From: Amphiscolops sp. MND2022
Lineage: Eukaryota
Reading direction: 5' to 3'
DNA: 64,000 nt
NCBI GenBank assembly: GCA_964187785.1
Contig: OZ076409.1
Span: 41,418,001-41,482,000 of the forward strand
The position numbers and the translations under genes are program-made. Of the stretch, positions 1-14,444 are shown piece after piece; the first letter of the stretch is position 1, and each line of letters begins with the position of its first letter. The notes beneath the pieces are model-generated. The model was not told where the DNA came from. It searched no databases and was given only the letters and a program-made list of their open reading frames with translations.

Positions 1-400
1 AAGAGTATCTTCTGTTTCATTTTCTTTTCTATGGATATCAGTTTGGCGGTTTCTATTCCTGAGGTAGTTTGCTTGTTTTTTTATGTTTTTCTACTGTCTC
101 TTCTCTCATCATTTTTTACAGCGCTTCATTCCTTTTCTCAATTCAGTCTTTTCGCTGTTTGTTTTATCGTTATACTTTCGTCCACACATGCATTTTGTTC
201 GCGTACTGTGTACCATCCATTGGAACTGTTTTCTCTGCACCTAACAGAGCTAACACACTTAAAATATTCAGGAGTCTCAATCTTAGTTTCATTAGTTTCA
301 ATGCCTTGTGACGCCTCCGGTTCAGGAGAATTTATCTATCTATCAAGTGAGGGTGATTGTCCTCATCTGGATCTCTTGTTTTTTTTTCAATTCGCATGTG
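1..400 (-). mobile_element. Degenerate LTR/gag N-terminal remnant related to element A, cut by the window start
   Basis: The reverse complement of ~240-390 (gatccagatgaggacaatcaccctcacttgatagatag...gttagctctgttagg) aligns by eye with element A LTR 2740-2872 (gatctagaggagcacaatcaccctcacttgagagagag...gttagttcagttagg). Extent is approximate. Confidence 0.65.
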
Positions 401-1831
401 TTCAATTAGAAAAAGATGTGGTTTTGGTGTAGAGAAGAATATTGAATAAAATGAAAGAAGTAAAGTAATATGAAGTAAAGAACAAATTTACAGGGGTAAA
501 ATACAACTAAATTGGCAAAATAAACTCGAAGTTGAAACGAAATCTATCACAGTTTGTGTTTTGAAATAGATAGAAAAGTAGGTCAGGTTTCCGCAGTACT
601 TTTTGAAGTGTTGGAATTTAGGGGGATTTTTCTTCCAGCTCTTCGTTTGATAGGGTTTGTTTTTAGCAGTGTGAAGTTCATTTTTCACTCAGTCACTCTC
701 CTATCATCATTACGCAATTACTGAAATTAGCGCAGCGAATAAATTATACATCATTGAATATAGAAAGAGGATTTTGGACGATATCATAATTATAAACAGA
801 ATCTTACGTGACGTATATTACATTGATTTCTGATTGGCTGCTGCATCTTGTCATCTGCATCGTTATATTAGTCATCAATGGGACCTATTGCTGTAGGTGG
901 TACGATGCATTTCGTCCACAACTATTTTGTCATGATATATACTGCCTCAGTATGAATGAGTAGTCCTAATGAATCATACTTCCAATAATCTCTGGTATTT
1001 TTTACTGGAAGTTATACTGCATCTTGCTGTAAGCCGAGTCCAGCGTTTGCGCAAAATGTTCAGGTTTCACTTACATTACTACTGTAGTAAGGCTTAGTAA
1101 GGCCGTTCATATTATTCTTTTCACGGCTAACTGCACAGGGTGGTTATACGTAGAATGTCAACAAGAAATATGTACCTAATACTTTTAATACTTAGTCTTA
1201 AACAAATCAACAAAGACAAATTTACACGACTTAAGCTTCCTAATAGAACAAGTTTCGAATGCCAAATGTTTCAAAGGCGGTTTGAAGCCCTTTTGCATTC
1301 CTTGCTGCACTCCGGGTCGAGACTGCAGCAACATAAATAGGTTTTCTTGAATTTTCTGAAAACAAAACAAGTTATCGTCATTAATCGATAGATTAGTTTC
1401 TGTGGATAAAACAAAAATGTAAATTTAGGGCTCTAGAACACGTTAATTTCGCAAACGCTTCCTAGATTAGGATTTAGTAGTAAATACAAGTTGTTGAAAT
1501 GATAAAACAAAACTACAACTTTGTTGGCTAATTCATAGGTTTTTGTATCATGATAGACAGTGGAGTATGTTTCCTCTTTGGAAAACCATCGAATATTTCT
1601 GGAAGTCCATATCAAAATCAATCTTCCCTAAATCCATTCTCCTTCAGTCACGAGATTTAAAATTTTTCTTGTGCCTGAAAACCTCTAAATGGAGACCAGT
1701 TCCCCTTTATTGGCCAAGCAGGTGAAACGATCGTTTGATATTGCCTCTTTAAAATTATGTTTTTCCAATTGAAGGAGCTGTATGTAGGTTAATTGAATAA
1801 GTACTTGTCTGTGGAAAAACTTATTGAAGGA

Positions 1832-3290
1832 TGTCACAGACTAGAGCTTGTGTCGGGTCCGTAGTGCAGCAATGCTGGCAAATGTCTCACCCACCTACAG
1901 CAAACTAGAGAAAACTCATCACTTCATGAAATTCATTTTGTATGAAATTATGTACAACTTTTGAATATCAGCATTGTTGGAATTTATTTACCATTACAGT
2001 TAATAATAGTTGCTAGGTAATGTTGATTTACACACTAATCATTGTAAAATACAAGTGATTGATATATTTCTTACGTAATACCACTTTACATGAAATTCCA
2101 AGAAATGAATAAATTAAACATGACTCGTAGGACGCATTATCACGTACGGACTTCGGTATTTGGATTAATCTGCTGTACTAAATTTGCAGTATACTGCAGT
2201 ACAATCTCGCATTTTCAACATTTTAATTACGTCATTTAGAAGTATGACTCATCACTTCGACTTAATCATTTGTGCTGTAATGTGTTGGAGTTAATACTTG
2301 TACTAGAAATGAGTCATACTACTTGTTGCTATTGTGCTGACCAATCAAAAAGCAGGAAAATATTCGTCATGCAGGAATCTATTTATAGCAGTGATGTAAC
2401 ATGCAAACCTATTTTTATATTACATTGGGTACTATTTTTAGTCATTACATAAGTATGATGTAACCATGACATTCCAAAAAATTGGTTGTCACGTTACTAA
2501 AATTTTGCCCAAATGAAATGGAGAGTTAAAAGACCATAAAAAGAATTCATTCAACAAAAAAACTTTCAGACCGATCGGACCTTCTTTTCATTTTCTCAAT
2601 CTTTGTTCTAACCTCGAAAATCTAGCATTATGTACATTTTCTTCAACTTTTTTTCAACTCTGTTGTACTTTACTTATCATTTTTAATTGAAATTCTTCTC
2701 TCCAAAACAAAATTTTAACCTGACTAAGATGGGAAAAAAGAAACAGAAGATCTAGAGGAGCACAATCACCCTCACTTGAGAGAGAGTTGAATACGTCTGA
2801 AATAGAAACATCACAATGTAATGAAACTGTTAATGAAACTTTGAGTAATTTGATAAATGTTAGTTCAGTTAGGGACGAAGAAGCAGTATTAGAGAGTGGA
2901 ACACAGAATGAAAATGAAATGCAAAATGGGACTCAAAGGATATCTGATAAGACGAATAAAGAAGTAGCAAACTTATTTAAAAAATGAATGAGAAGCTAGA
3001 GAAATCGCTGAAAGAGATGAAAAGTAGCAGAAGAACACAATCCGTACCAAGCAGGAGATATCATGGGCAAAACACACCGCGAGTAGGAACCTCTAAAAAC
3101 ATAGATAACGAAGACGATGAGGAAAACGCATCCGAGCCAGAAAATCAAGAAAGCGAAATACAGGATATTCCATTCAGGCCATGTATTATGAATGAACTTA
3201 GAACGCCAATGCAAACTTTGAAGATACAAAACATCGATTTAAATGTCTCTGTGGTCATAAATGAGGACCGCACAATAGAGGATTATCACA
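1832..3290 (+). repeat. 5' LTR of element A (contains the gag start)
   Basis: Starts tgtcacag, ends gattatcaca. Diverged direct repeat of 14413-15848 with many substitutions and small indels. Confidence 0.93.
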
Positions 3291-4402
3291 TGGTGACAGG
3301 AGCTACCAAACCAGTTCATCGTCAAAACTCAAACAATACAACAACTACACACAATGAACATCTGATTGCTGAACCAATTAATACTCAGCAAGACCCCGTT
3401 AATCAAATAGCAATGGGTATTGAGAAGCTAGCAAGCCGTAACACACAATCCTCACTCTTTCACCGGAAAAAGACACTAACATATAACGGCAAATTGGAAA
3501 AGATCGGGAAATTTGAATTTTTTGAAGATCTTTTCCACACGACACTCCGACACTCAGAAAGCAACCCGCATTGACTGTTGATATGAAAATAAATCATTTT
3601 CACGTAAATTTACGTGGATTAGCATTGAAAACATTCAAAAATATCCAACGAATAACAACAATTACGCTCGAAGATTTTCTGGTAGTGTTCCGAAGAAAAT
3701 ACGTTAAGCCCGAGTGTAGTGCGTCAGCAAAAGATAGATTTCATCGCTTGATATTTGACCCGGAACGCCAAAAACTACCGGATTTCCTCGAGGAACTGCA
3801 AGAAAGTGCAGAAACGGCCTTTGGTTACATAGTATCACAAATGATAGAAAGTGTATTATATGCAAAAATGCCACCTCATTTGAAAAGGTCTAATAATCAA
3901 GCATATCTTAAAAATGGAACATATGAACAAGTAGTCCGACATCTCGAACGCGAGATGGAATTAAACGGACTTGAGTCAAAAGACATAGGCGTCAAAACGC
4001 AAATGACGGTAATGAGAAAGCAATCAGAAGACAAAATAACACAACCGGAAGCTTCCACACCAAAAAAGAAACAACAAACACCAAAAACAGTGCCCAACAT
4101 CACATTACAAGACAAACAATGTCGATATTGTAAGAACAGAAGGCACACAGCGGCAGACTGCGCGAAATAAGCAAACTGTCGTAAGCTTGAAGAAGACCCT
4201 GACGCTGTACGATGTACGCATTGCAACGAACCAGGACACGACGAACCACCTGCTACTTCGGAGCAAATATGGAGAACCGTCCTCCGAAGTGGACATTAAC
4301 AGAAGCACAAAAAAACACATTGAAAGGTTTAAAACCTTCAACAAACACATCAACCCGAATGCTCCCCGACAACGACCTTCATCATCGAAGGATTTAAACT
4401 AA
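2729..4402 (+). pseudogene. gag: gag of element A (frameshifted, premature stop)
   Basis: Fragments 2787-2987, 2984-3574, 3571-4170 and 4187-4402 are colinear with element B gag (FEDLFHT, KINHFH, RRKYVKPE, KLPDFLEEL, LYAKMPP). Knuckles CRYCKNRRHTAADC and CTHCNEPGHDEPTC. Confidence 0.9.
3291..3304 (+). promoter_or_regulatory. Primer-binding site TGGTGACAGGAGCT (tRNA-Leu-like, tentative)
   Basis: Starts TGG immediately after the LTR CA. The same 14-mer is in element B at 49252-49265. Resembles the complement of a tRNA-Leu 3' end (TGGTGTCAGGAG) with one mismatch. Confidence 0.8.
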
Positions 4403-7400
4403 CAAAAAACCACGCCCCACAAAATCAGAGGAGAAGGATGACTGGCAGCATCCAACTGACACAACACTCACACTGTTTGACAACAAAAAGTGGAAGAACT
4501 GCTGGTTGAATTTCACGTTATTTCCGCCCGACACAAGTTTGACATAGGAACAAAGACAGAATTCAAAGTCAAACTCACACCAAACGATGACCGACCAGCA
4601 TATAGCCAAAGTCTTACAACTCCGATCAATCTAAAAAACGACATCACGGTAGAACTTGCCCTACTTCACAAGTATGGTATAATAACAACTCTAACCTTTC
4701 TCTAATTATGCAAGTCCCATTTTTGTGCAACGAAAATCTAATGGCCGACTGCGACTGTTAGTCGACTTGCGCAAAATAAATAATCTCATCTCCTAAGACT
4801 ACGTAAACAACAAGTACCCAGTCAGAACACTTTCCGATGCAGCCCAACATATGACAGAAAAGAAATTATTCTGTGAACTTGACTGTTCACAAGAGTACCA
4901 CTGCCTTCAGATGGCAGATTCCCAATCAATCCAAATGTTGGCTTTTAATTTTGCTAGCTGAACCTTTGCGTATCGGCGTTTAGCACAAGGCCTTAGCCGA
5001 TCACTATCAGCATTCTCCAGTTTTATACGAGAATACTTAGACACACTCATCAAAGCATACAAGTGCGCCAAATACGTCGACGACATCGGAATTGCAGCAA
5101 ACACAGTTACACAACTGTGTATAAACATCCGAGCATTTTTGAATGTATACGGAACGCAGGCCTGAAATTGTCAATGTCAAAATGTCACTTTGGAGTGAAA
5201 CAAGTAGACTTTCTGGGACAAACAATCACCCCTCAAGGCGTTTCTCCACAAGTAGACGAAGTTGAAGACGTCCTAGCGAAACTTAAAATCCCGAAATTCA
5301 AAAAAGGCTTTCAAAGGTATATCCGTTTTCTGTATCATTACAGAAATGATTTACCGCGCCTTTCTGAACGACTCACTCCCTTCTTCAAATTATTGAAGGA
5401 AACAAACAAATTTCACATTTCCAACGAAAAAATTTTCAGCAATTTTCTTCGCATTCTCAGAATTTGGACACTTAATGTGGGGAAATACTTTTCCCGTAAT
5501 TGTTTTCACCGACAATCGAGCAGTCACGAGATACTTCCTAACAAAAATAATTCCTCCTGCACTGTGGAACGCATGCGACTACGTCTTGCAGTATAGCACA
5601 TGTTGCAGGAGCAATGAACACGGCTGTAGATTTTTTGTCGAGAACGGGAATCAATCCAATAGAAAAACTAGAAATGAATCTACGCAGCGACATACAAACA
5701 AAAGCCATTGAGGGGAGGTTAATATCCATTCCTCTGGCATAGCAGAAGAAGAACCAATTTACCTCCAACCAGACGATGAAATCGATGAGAAAACACATTG
5801 GGACAAAAAGACAATATCAGAAATCAAGCACAGACAGAAACACACAACGAACCGGAAAACGAAATAAACGAATTACAAAATTTTCAAAAACCAATTGCCG
5901 GAACAATAAATTACCAAGAAGGACAATTTCCAAAAAATGCAAAAGTCCGACTCGAATAAAACAATGACCCTGTCTTTTGCAATCTCAGAGCAAAAAAAGA
6001 TCTTGAACCTTTTTATGAATCAGCGTTCACACAAGACAACCGGTATCAACACTACCTACAAAATATGCCCCGCATCGGAATCCGTCAAGACATTCTTGCA
6101 CGAAAAAAACAACAATGATTTTGGACAAATTTCGCATTATCAAATACTCCTACCGGAACAGCTTCTTGAAGAGTTCGTACAGGCGTTGCACGGACACAAT
6201 GCAAATCACCCAGGAATAACAAAAGTGATTCAAGAAGCGCGACAGAAATACTATTAACCATGCTTAGCAAAGCACATCAAGAATTGGGTACAAAATTGCA
6301 AATAGGCATTCAAAACAAAAGAATTAATAAGGATTTTCTGAAAACAGAACTTCTTAATTGCCCAGAATGGGACCTGGGTCCAGAAGACGTACTTCAAATA
6401 GACATCTTACCTAATCTCCCACCAAGTGGACGTTTTGATAATATCATAACAGCAATTGCTGTCTTTTCAAGGTATTTTTTTGCTTACCCAACAACCGGGA
6501 TTACAGCCCCTACATTCGCAAGAGTCATTATGGACATTTTGTGCAAACACGCATATTTACCAACAACCATAATAACTGACAAGAGCATTCAATTCAACTC
6601 ACAAGGTACCCGAGAGGTAGCAGTAGTGCTTGGTGTTGAACCAAAACCTGGCTCGACAAAACATGCACAAACAATCGGCATGCTAGAACGCACTCATGCT
6701 ACAGTGGAAGCACATTTGAAAGCAGCTACCGGTGAATTTCGCAATAATTGGCACAAATTCTTACCACTGGCTGTCCTAAACCACAACACAACATATCATG
6801 CTAGCTTAGGATGTGAACCCACCTGTGTCTTCCACAGCAGGGTACCACATAACATACTAGACTACAAGCTAGGCTATAATCCTAACCCACGGTTTACTCC
6901 ACAGACTGATATTGCAGCAGAAGTACAACGCAGAAAGGATATACTGAATGATCAAACCAAAAAAAACAACATGCAGTCAAATATAAAGTATAAAGCATAC
7001 CATGACCGCAAGGCAAAAGCAGCACCACTTACAATATCAGACTATTGCTATATACTGAACCCAAAAGCAGACACACAAGCAATGAATATTCCGTTCCGAG
7101 AATTCCGTTGGATAGCTTGCTACAAAGTCGAAAAAGTCCTAACAAAAATTACTTTCTGCGTAGGCTAGGGACAAACAAAACGCAATTAATACATCAAATA
7201 CGCTTGATAAAGTTTACACCTAGTGCACCACTAGCGAATAATTTTGTCAGAGAAACAGACTGGCAAAAAAGTGGCACCATAGTAGTAACACACGATGATT
7301 TGTATGCCCACACATGGGATACAAATTTTGGTATAAATCCATTCGACACTGAAATCGACTCATTCGACACTGACACACAAGAATATGTCCCGATAAAACA

Positions 7401-7710
7401 CCCACCCTCCCTCGAAATTTCAAAAAATAGTGGGGGAGCCCCGGTAGAAGAAACTACTGTTTCTAATGAAGAAACCCTAACCGAAAATGCAAGAAATGAA
7501 ATTGATGCGATTGATAGTCAACAAAATCTACAACCTAACCCTACTATTGATGCAGAACAATCCCCAGAAAATACAAATGAAAATCAAGTAACGACATTAT
7601 CAGAAGATAATGAGGAGGTTCAAAAAAACCTCTATCAATACACGTGGTAAAAAATACAATTTACGACCTAACCAAAATCCCAACTTCTCAGACTCATACA
7701 GATACTTTAG
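4403..7710 (+). pseudogene. pol: pol of element A (RT, partial RNase H, integrase; protease region and part of RNase H deleted)
   Basis: LLVEFH..ARHKFDIG, YVDD at ~5073, KCHFG, HPGI, LNCPEWDLGPED, ITD...ERTH, C-terminal YNLRP. Many stops and frameshifts. Relative to B it jumps from the gag stop to the RT start near 4430. Confidence 0.92.
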
Positions 7711-7863
7711 AAAACAAAAATAATCAAAATTCAACTCTCTAAATCTTCCTTCTTTTTATTCCTTGTGGAAATGAAAAACAGAATAAATACAACAAGGTAT
7801 AAATAGAAATACAAATAAAATTGAAACAACCAACCATGTGGGTAATTTTGGGGGGGAAGTTAT

Positions 7864-10800
7864 TCAATAAAGAACACTAGCTTTTCTCTTTTTCTTCGAG
7901 ATGGTTTTCACTGTAACCTCAGGAATAACAGGTGCTTCGGTTAATCGTCGGACGACTGGACTCATTGTGGGGGTTGAATCAGCTAATCCTAGTACACGTT
8001 TCACAGGAGTACCCTCGGTACTCGAACTATGTACAGCGGTTGGGCTAGTTGTTTCATCCATCACAATTCAAGACTTCTCTTTGATCCCTTCACTTTTGGC
8101 GTAATACCCCTTGAGTGAAGACAATAATGCAGTTTTAAGAAAGTGAGTCGAGGACATGATATTCCAAACAGAGAATTTCCTCTTGAGAATTAATCCAGGG
8201 CCTCGGTCAACCAGTTCAAACGCTCGTGGCAATGCAGCGAAATCCATAAATAGGCTCTCACACTTCTGAATTGATGACAGAGAGCACTGAAGACTCCTGA
8301 CACAGGAAGCAAATTCAAAATTGCTGGACTTCAACCCGGGGATTGACAAGGCAAACGACACGGGAACGGGGCAAGGTCCTCGTAAAGCTTGGCAGCATGT
8401 CTTGAAAAAGTGAAACAATTCAATCCGGCATTGGAGTTCATGATGACAGGAAAAAGTTCCAAGCCTGTCTTTAACTGTAGGGAAATTCTCACTACGAAGT
8501 TCGGTGATGAGTGAACAATATTCACTCACTAAAACGGGTTTCGTATGTGGGGCCATCCATTTCTGCTGAACAAAATACCCCGCAAGGTTCTGGATAGCGT
8601 CAGTGTAATCTGCCTCTCGTCCACTACGAACCACTGGTTCATAAAATGCGGAGAGCCCTCGCACGAAAGCAGATGTGGCCACTTTCGTCAGCAACAAATT
8701 GATAAAATGTTTGTAGAATGCAAAAAATTGGCCTACAAATTGTCGGGGAGTAGAAATCTTGGTCTTAGAAAGCAAATTAGAAAGGTCATGATCTTGAAGC
8801 ATGTCAAGAACAGTCTTGAAAGGCAGGGTAAAATCGTCCATGTTGAGGCTCATATTCTTGTCCCAGTCAGATATTGCCCCGAGAAAGGGACCCGGTAAGA
8901 TCTTTTGCAGCTGGGTGTATACAAAGACGCAATACTGATTGTAGAGCCGAAATCCGCCTGAGGTCGAACCAAAGACTTCACTGATGTCGAGTTGTTTAGA
9001 ACAAGAAAATAGTATTGGTTTTCAAAAAGCCATAGTAATAATATGGAGACAGTACGAAGAAAAGAAGAAACAACAATCAAGAAACAGAAAGGAACCGAAG
9101 AAACAGGATGTTGGGAAATTACTTACACACTGGCTAAGGATGTTTTTTGTAACAAACAAACGAGCAATGAAGACCTTGTCGCGCAATAACAAATCGTCCA
9201 TTCCAGAAGGCTGAAACAATTATTACAGGCAGAAAAATTACAGATACCCGTACAGTCAATGGACAAAGAACAACGCGAAACTGTTATAATACAATTGAAA
9301 TTGAATATGGAGTACAAACTTCTTGCATATGGGACCGGTATGTGGGATTCTTCTACTGCACTTCAAATGTTGTAGCACGTTGTCCCAGTTCGTGATCAAG
9401 TGGCCCATTACTTCAACAGCATGAGGCATATCGTAACCCAGATCAGTCACAGTCCAAAGTACAACAAACAAAGTGAATCAATGAAGAAACAGAGTTACAA
9501 GAGCACGTGCAATAAAAACAAAGATGTGAAAGAGCATGGAAAGAAGTCAATATGATGACTAATTATTCACGTGCAAAAATATGGAAACACTAGAATAGTA
9601 GTTCATGACTAATCATATTGCACAATGAGTCAAAATGTCGAGAAAAATAAATAAATTACCCAAATTTGCTGCATTATACCGCAAACCTTCACCAGTATAA
9701 AGAGAAGAAAGTGTCCATCTGAGATACGAAAAAGATGAAAACGCTGTAAATACAACGTATAAGGTCTCTGTTGAAAGAAAAAATCACTACAATCCCGAAA
9801 TCCCCTAGAATTCGTAAAATTTGTCTCCAATCGGGTAAGAAATATAAAACCCGGAAAAGTGGCCTGATAATGTTAAAATGGATCAAACAAAATATCATCA
9901 AAGTACCTTGATTAATCGAAAAAAAAATTAAAACAGTTGTGGGAGAAATAAAGAAACAATACTAACCTGTTTTGAAAATCTGGAAGTGATGACATCCAGG
10001 GGCTGTCACAAGCGGATTGAAGCCGCATTAGGAGGAAGTCGAGAAGGCTCCTGAAGTCAAATCGATCCCGGATGTGCACCGAAGGGACTAACAGTGTACG
10101 TTCCAGATCATCAGCGTCGATTTTAGGGAATGAACACACTCTCTTGCGCTGTGGTAACACTCGCGTCACGGTCTAAGTGATCCTGGGATCGAAGCCTGTG
10201 AGAAAGAGCAGGTGGGCATCTTTCTCAACTAGTGCGAAGAAGCCACTTAACAGGGAACGAAGAGAGCTGGGGGAGCATAATCTCCCTGGAAATACTCCGA
10301 TGCACAGTCCATACAGCGAGTTGTCTGCCCAGAAGTGCACAAAAAGTTGAGTTTCATCGCCATATTCTGTAATTCTGAGGGAGTAGCTTCCAGATCTCTC
10401 GATTGATATTATGCAGAATGACAACAACTCCCGGAACATGTAGGTTGAAAGTCCCTGAAGAAGAGGGAGACAAGTAATGAACCACGCAAGATGGACCTTA
10501 AACAACTCCCGTGATCAATAGCATGCAAATACTTACAAAGACTCGATGAAGCCGCCAGTCGTGCTGAATATTAGGCTCGGTCGTCTTCGTCTCCTTGACC
10601 AAATCATGCCAGAGTGCAATCATTGTTTCGAGCTGACCCCCCCCGTATGAGCCCAATCTTGAGCAAGTTCAATTGGGACAGCATGTCTTTACTGGGATCA
10701 TCAACTCCCCTGACCTCGGCTTGATCTTGCTGACCTATTCGTGAATAGTAGTCCCCAAGATTTGGTGCAACAGGATACTCCCGCTTTGTGCAGTCCTTGT

Positions 10801-12231
10801 CTTACTTTAGGGCCATCCCACTGAGTTCTTTGCGCTCTCTATCGATGAGGGGAAGCCCTGGAGTCTCCATCCTTATTCTGTGCTCCTTAACGAGGTGGCC
10901 ATCAGTACGATAATGGTGTAGTATCTCTATTGGACCTTTTGTCATCAGAGGACAGTTCCACTAAGCAGACCCGACATCTGTACTTGTGTGAGTACCTGGA
11001 TGCATCGGCAGGGGCAGTCGCGAAGAATTTTAAGATAGGGTATTTGTGATACATCCAACCTGCTAACACGTATCGTGGCTTGGCTCTTTTATAAGTGGCC
11101 ATGGTGGCTGGGGGCTGCTTCTTGCGTTTTGAAGTTTTGAGGTCTGGCGATTCCATTTCTTCAGCTGAAGAGAGACCTGATGAGGATTCAGAGTCAAAAC
11201 TAGAATCTGAGTCAGAAGAGCTTGTTTTCACCCTTGGCATCAGTCCCTTTAGTGGAAGCCTTGGTCTTCAGTGCCTTGCTGATTGCTTGTGGAGACTTCT
11301 TTTTGTTTGGGCTAGTTAAACCACTCAGTCCCACACTGTTGGTTACTCGAGAGAGGACGTTATCGCCCGCTTCCTCTGCAGCTTCCGTCAATATGCGCTC
11401 GAGTCTTGCTCGATGTCTCCGGGGCTAGTGGCGACGATGGGTGGTGATTCCGAGACGCTGGTTTTCTTCTTTTTCAAGGTAGGAGATGTGAATGAGTTGT
11501 CCCCCTGAACTGGAAAATTGGTCAAAAACTTCGTAAAAGGAGAGACTCTTTTACTAGCAGCAGTTGGTAGAGGAAATTTCTGAATTAAAGATTGGACTTG
11601 GTCTGAACGTGGTGAACAGGGAACGGCAGTACAAAAGAAGTACTTGATAAGAGACCCCCCACTGCGGCGTTGACAAGGGAGCTTACCTCTTGTTGAGCCC
11701 AATCGCCTGTGGTTGGAGTTTTTCCTGATTCAACAGTTTTATCATTTTCCACTGGGTCGACAAATTCGTTGAAATTGCCCAATATGAGGACTTGTGGAAA
11801 TAACTCTGGCGGGACATCATTTTCGTTTATCTGCGACTTTCGAGAACAATCACTTAATAGCAAAGATCGCTGGGTTACTGGGGCTTTATTGGCTTTGGGA
11901 GGATTAACAGCATTGCGTTTCAATTTAGCTGGGGAAGAATCTGAAACAAAATTCCTGAATTGCACTGATGTCGATAACAGAAAACAGTAACAGGAAACTA
12001 GTATTTCCGCTTGAAACTTGGGAACTGGAAAATGACAAATCGATAGATAGTCGACACTAAATGTGAGTTTGGCCAACTTGCATTTAAAATCTGTCAATCA
12101 GAAAAATCAACCAAATTCAAGCTTACCGCATGATGTAGCAGTTTTGGACGTCCTGCAATCAGCTGATCCTGATGACCTCTTTTTGGGGGGAGAGGCTTTC
12201 GCCGCGAGGAAGAAATCCGAGACCGAACCAT
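7864..12231 (-). pseudogene. Antisense multi-exon accessory gene of element A (BED-type Zn finger, hAT-transposase-like), decayed
   Basis: KFF...KYRCRVCLVELS plus frameshifted EILHHYRTDGH at ~10880-11040. Fragments 10173-10505, 9912-10169, 9256-9471, 9022-9219 and 8068-8853 are homologous to B exons. Intron 10536-10455, donor at 9966, acceptor at 9211. Confidence 0.8.
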
Positions 12232-13317
12232 CTCCAGGATAAGAAAGATCGTTGGAAGCAAATGAATGTTATTATGACGAAGAATTAAATATTCTGTCTA
12301 ATTAGAGTATCGAAATTTAAAGAAGTATCTATATTGGAACTAGCTAGAAAGTACGAAAATGAGCAAAACTGGAAATTTAAAAGTTTGGAAAGAGAGAGAA
12401 TTGACGAAATGACATAGATACTGACCACAACTGATACCATAAACAACCACACGATGCGACGTGGCTTACGGCTGAACATATTACTTTAACATATTTGCGC
12501 AAATACTGTGCGCTGATTGGTTGAAATAATTGGAACCGTTCTAACCTGCCAGGGAGATCGGTATTTAATAAAGCATAACTGAGTTCATTCACATATGCAT
12601 GCTGCGCCGCCGCCTAGTGTCAGTTCAAAGAAATGTGCAAAGTGAAACGTATCTTGCAGCACAACGTGAACTGGTATTGACCTAAAGGGAAAAAACATCT
12701 CATGACCTTATGCATCGCTACACTATTATGCAGATGACAGTGTATCATATAGTAGACATCATGATGCTGAAAAAAAAACAGAAGGGGTGAAAGTTGAAGG
12801 TAAAGGAGTATAAACTCAATCTTTCAAGAATCCCTATACCGTTTAAAGTACGTATTTGTACGGAACCTTTGTTTTCATAAACTCTTCCTTTCTGAATACC
12901 TTTAATTATTTGAATCAGAACTACATATTGAATCAAATTTCAAAAAATTTGCAAAACTCAAATAATAAAAGTTGAGTTGTCAAAATTCGTTATGCAAATT
13001 TTCATTCATATTTGTTTACAATCAAAATGTTATGCCTTTGTCATCTTAAATGGAAAGTTCACACATTTATTCACCAAATATGGGAATTGTGAAGACAAAT
13101 TTCATTCTGTTGTGGAGCTATTTGAATAAATTTGAAACATAATCTAACGCTTACCGCAAAATTACCGGGAAACGGGTAAACAAGAGAGGAAGATGACTCG
13201 ACAAGATATCTACCGTTTTCGGAAAACCCTGGAGCACAATCAAAGTGCGATGAAAAACAGAAGGAATTCATTCAAACAAAATTTTCTGAGGAAACTAGTT
13301 AAAACTTTGGAACCCAA

Positions 13318-14444
13318 ATGGGCAATAAAGCACCCAGAAGCTCTCACCGCTTTACTATCGACGAGGACATGCAGTCCATCTCTACAAACTCTGCCGGATT
13401 GATAAACATATCCAGTGACTCTGGGGAAGAATTTGTGACTGAACAACCCTGCTCGGAGCCTATAGATCAGAGATTCAGAGTTGGGGGGCCACTTAATAAC
13501 CCCATGACAGCCTTTGTCAACGAAGACGCCGCTAGATTGATCGCAATAAGCGAATCTAAAAAAAAAGAGAAGACTCCGCGATAGATATCACCGGCACTGA
13601 TATTGAAAAAGAAAGCCTTTGCAAGATCTTGGAACATACTGATTTACCTAATATCTCACCAGTTTCGTTCTTCGAATTGAGTGGAAGCGACAGTGGAGAT
13701 ATACTACTGAACGCTAATTTTGTTATTGTCCCGAGAAACAACTACGGTAGACCAGTGCTGACAGTTCCGCCCGTGCAAGCTGAAAGAATAACCAGGCAAA
13801 TACCTACCTGACTTGATGCTAATGTCAATAATCCTCCTAGTAACGTCCAAGTAAATGGACCAATCAGGCCTATACCTATTGCACCCTTGGTGATACCGCA
13901 TGAGATCCCTCAATCAAACTATGCTCATCCGTACAACAGGAAAGGAATACTGCAGACACCCAGGGCAGACCAGTACAATGTGCCGGGTGCTCAATTGAAT
14001 TTACCAAACTTAGTCACCCAAGTTATGGGACAATACCCATATGACATAAACACCGGGATTAAAAAGCAAACGCACATCCTAATCTCGCATATTACTATAA
14101 CGCCAACGGCCAGTAACCCAAGGCACCCATAGCAATTTAGAGGTGACTGGCGGAGGCGCTGTCCGAAGTGACAACGCTGCAGAGCAACAAAAGATCCCCT
14201 TATGAAGACAGCTTAGCCCTCCAGTTATGCAACATGTTCAGGGGAATTGTCACTGGTGCGGTAGAACCTACGATGAAGTTGCCTTGGATGCAATATCGGC
14301 CTACGCGGCAGCAACTGAATACCCGACGAGAAAATAAGAGACAGGAACATTAGATCGCGGGCTTACTTAGATGGGTTCAAAGCAGCACCCATTTGCAACG
14401 AAAATGCTGGCCTGACACAGCCTAAGTTTGTGTCGGGACCGTAG
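13318..14444 (+). pseudogene. ORF3 of element A (SIM-like motif, CxxCG), decayed, ends inside the 3' LTR
   Basis: LINISSDSGEE near the N terminus. At ~14245-14444: GNCHWCGRTYDEVALDAISAY, then (frameshift) RSRAYLDGFKAA...AGLTQPK, homologous to B ORF3. Confidence 0.7.

Noticed and set aside
31..432. Hydrophobic 133-aa ORF with FIYLSSEGD, resembling a membrane protein or the ORF3 SIM
   Set aside because: It is the antisense reading of a purine-rich gag N-terminal remnant on the minus strand.
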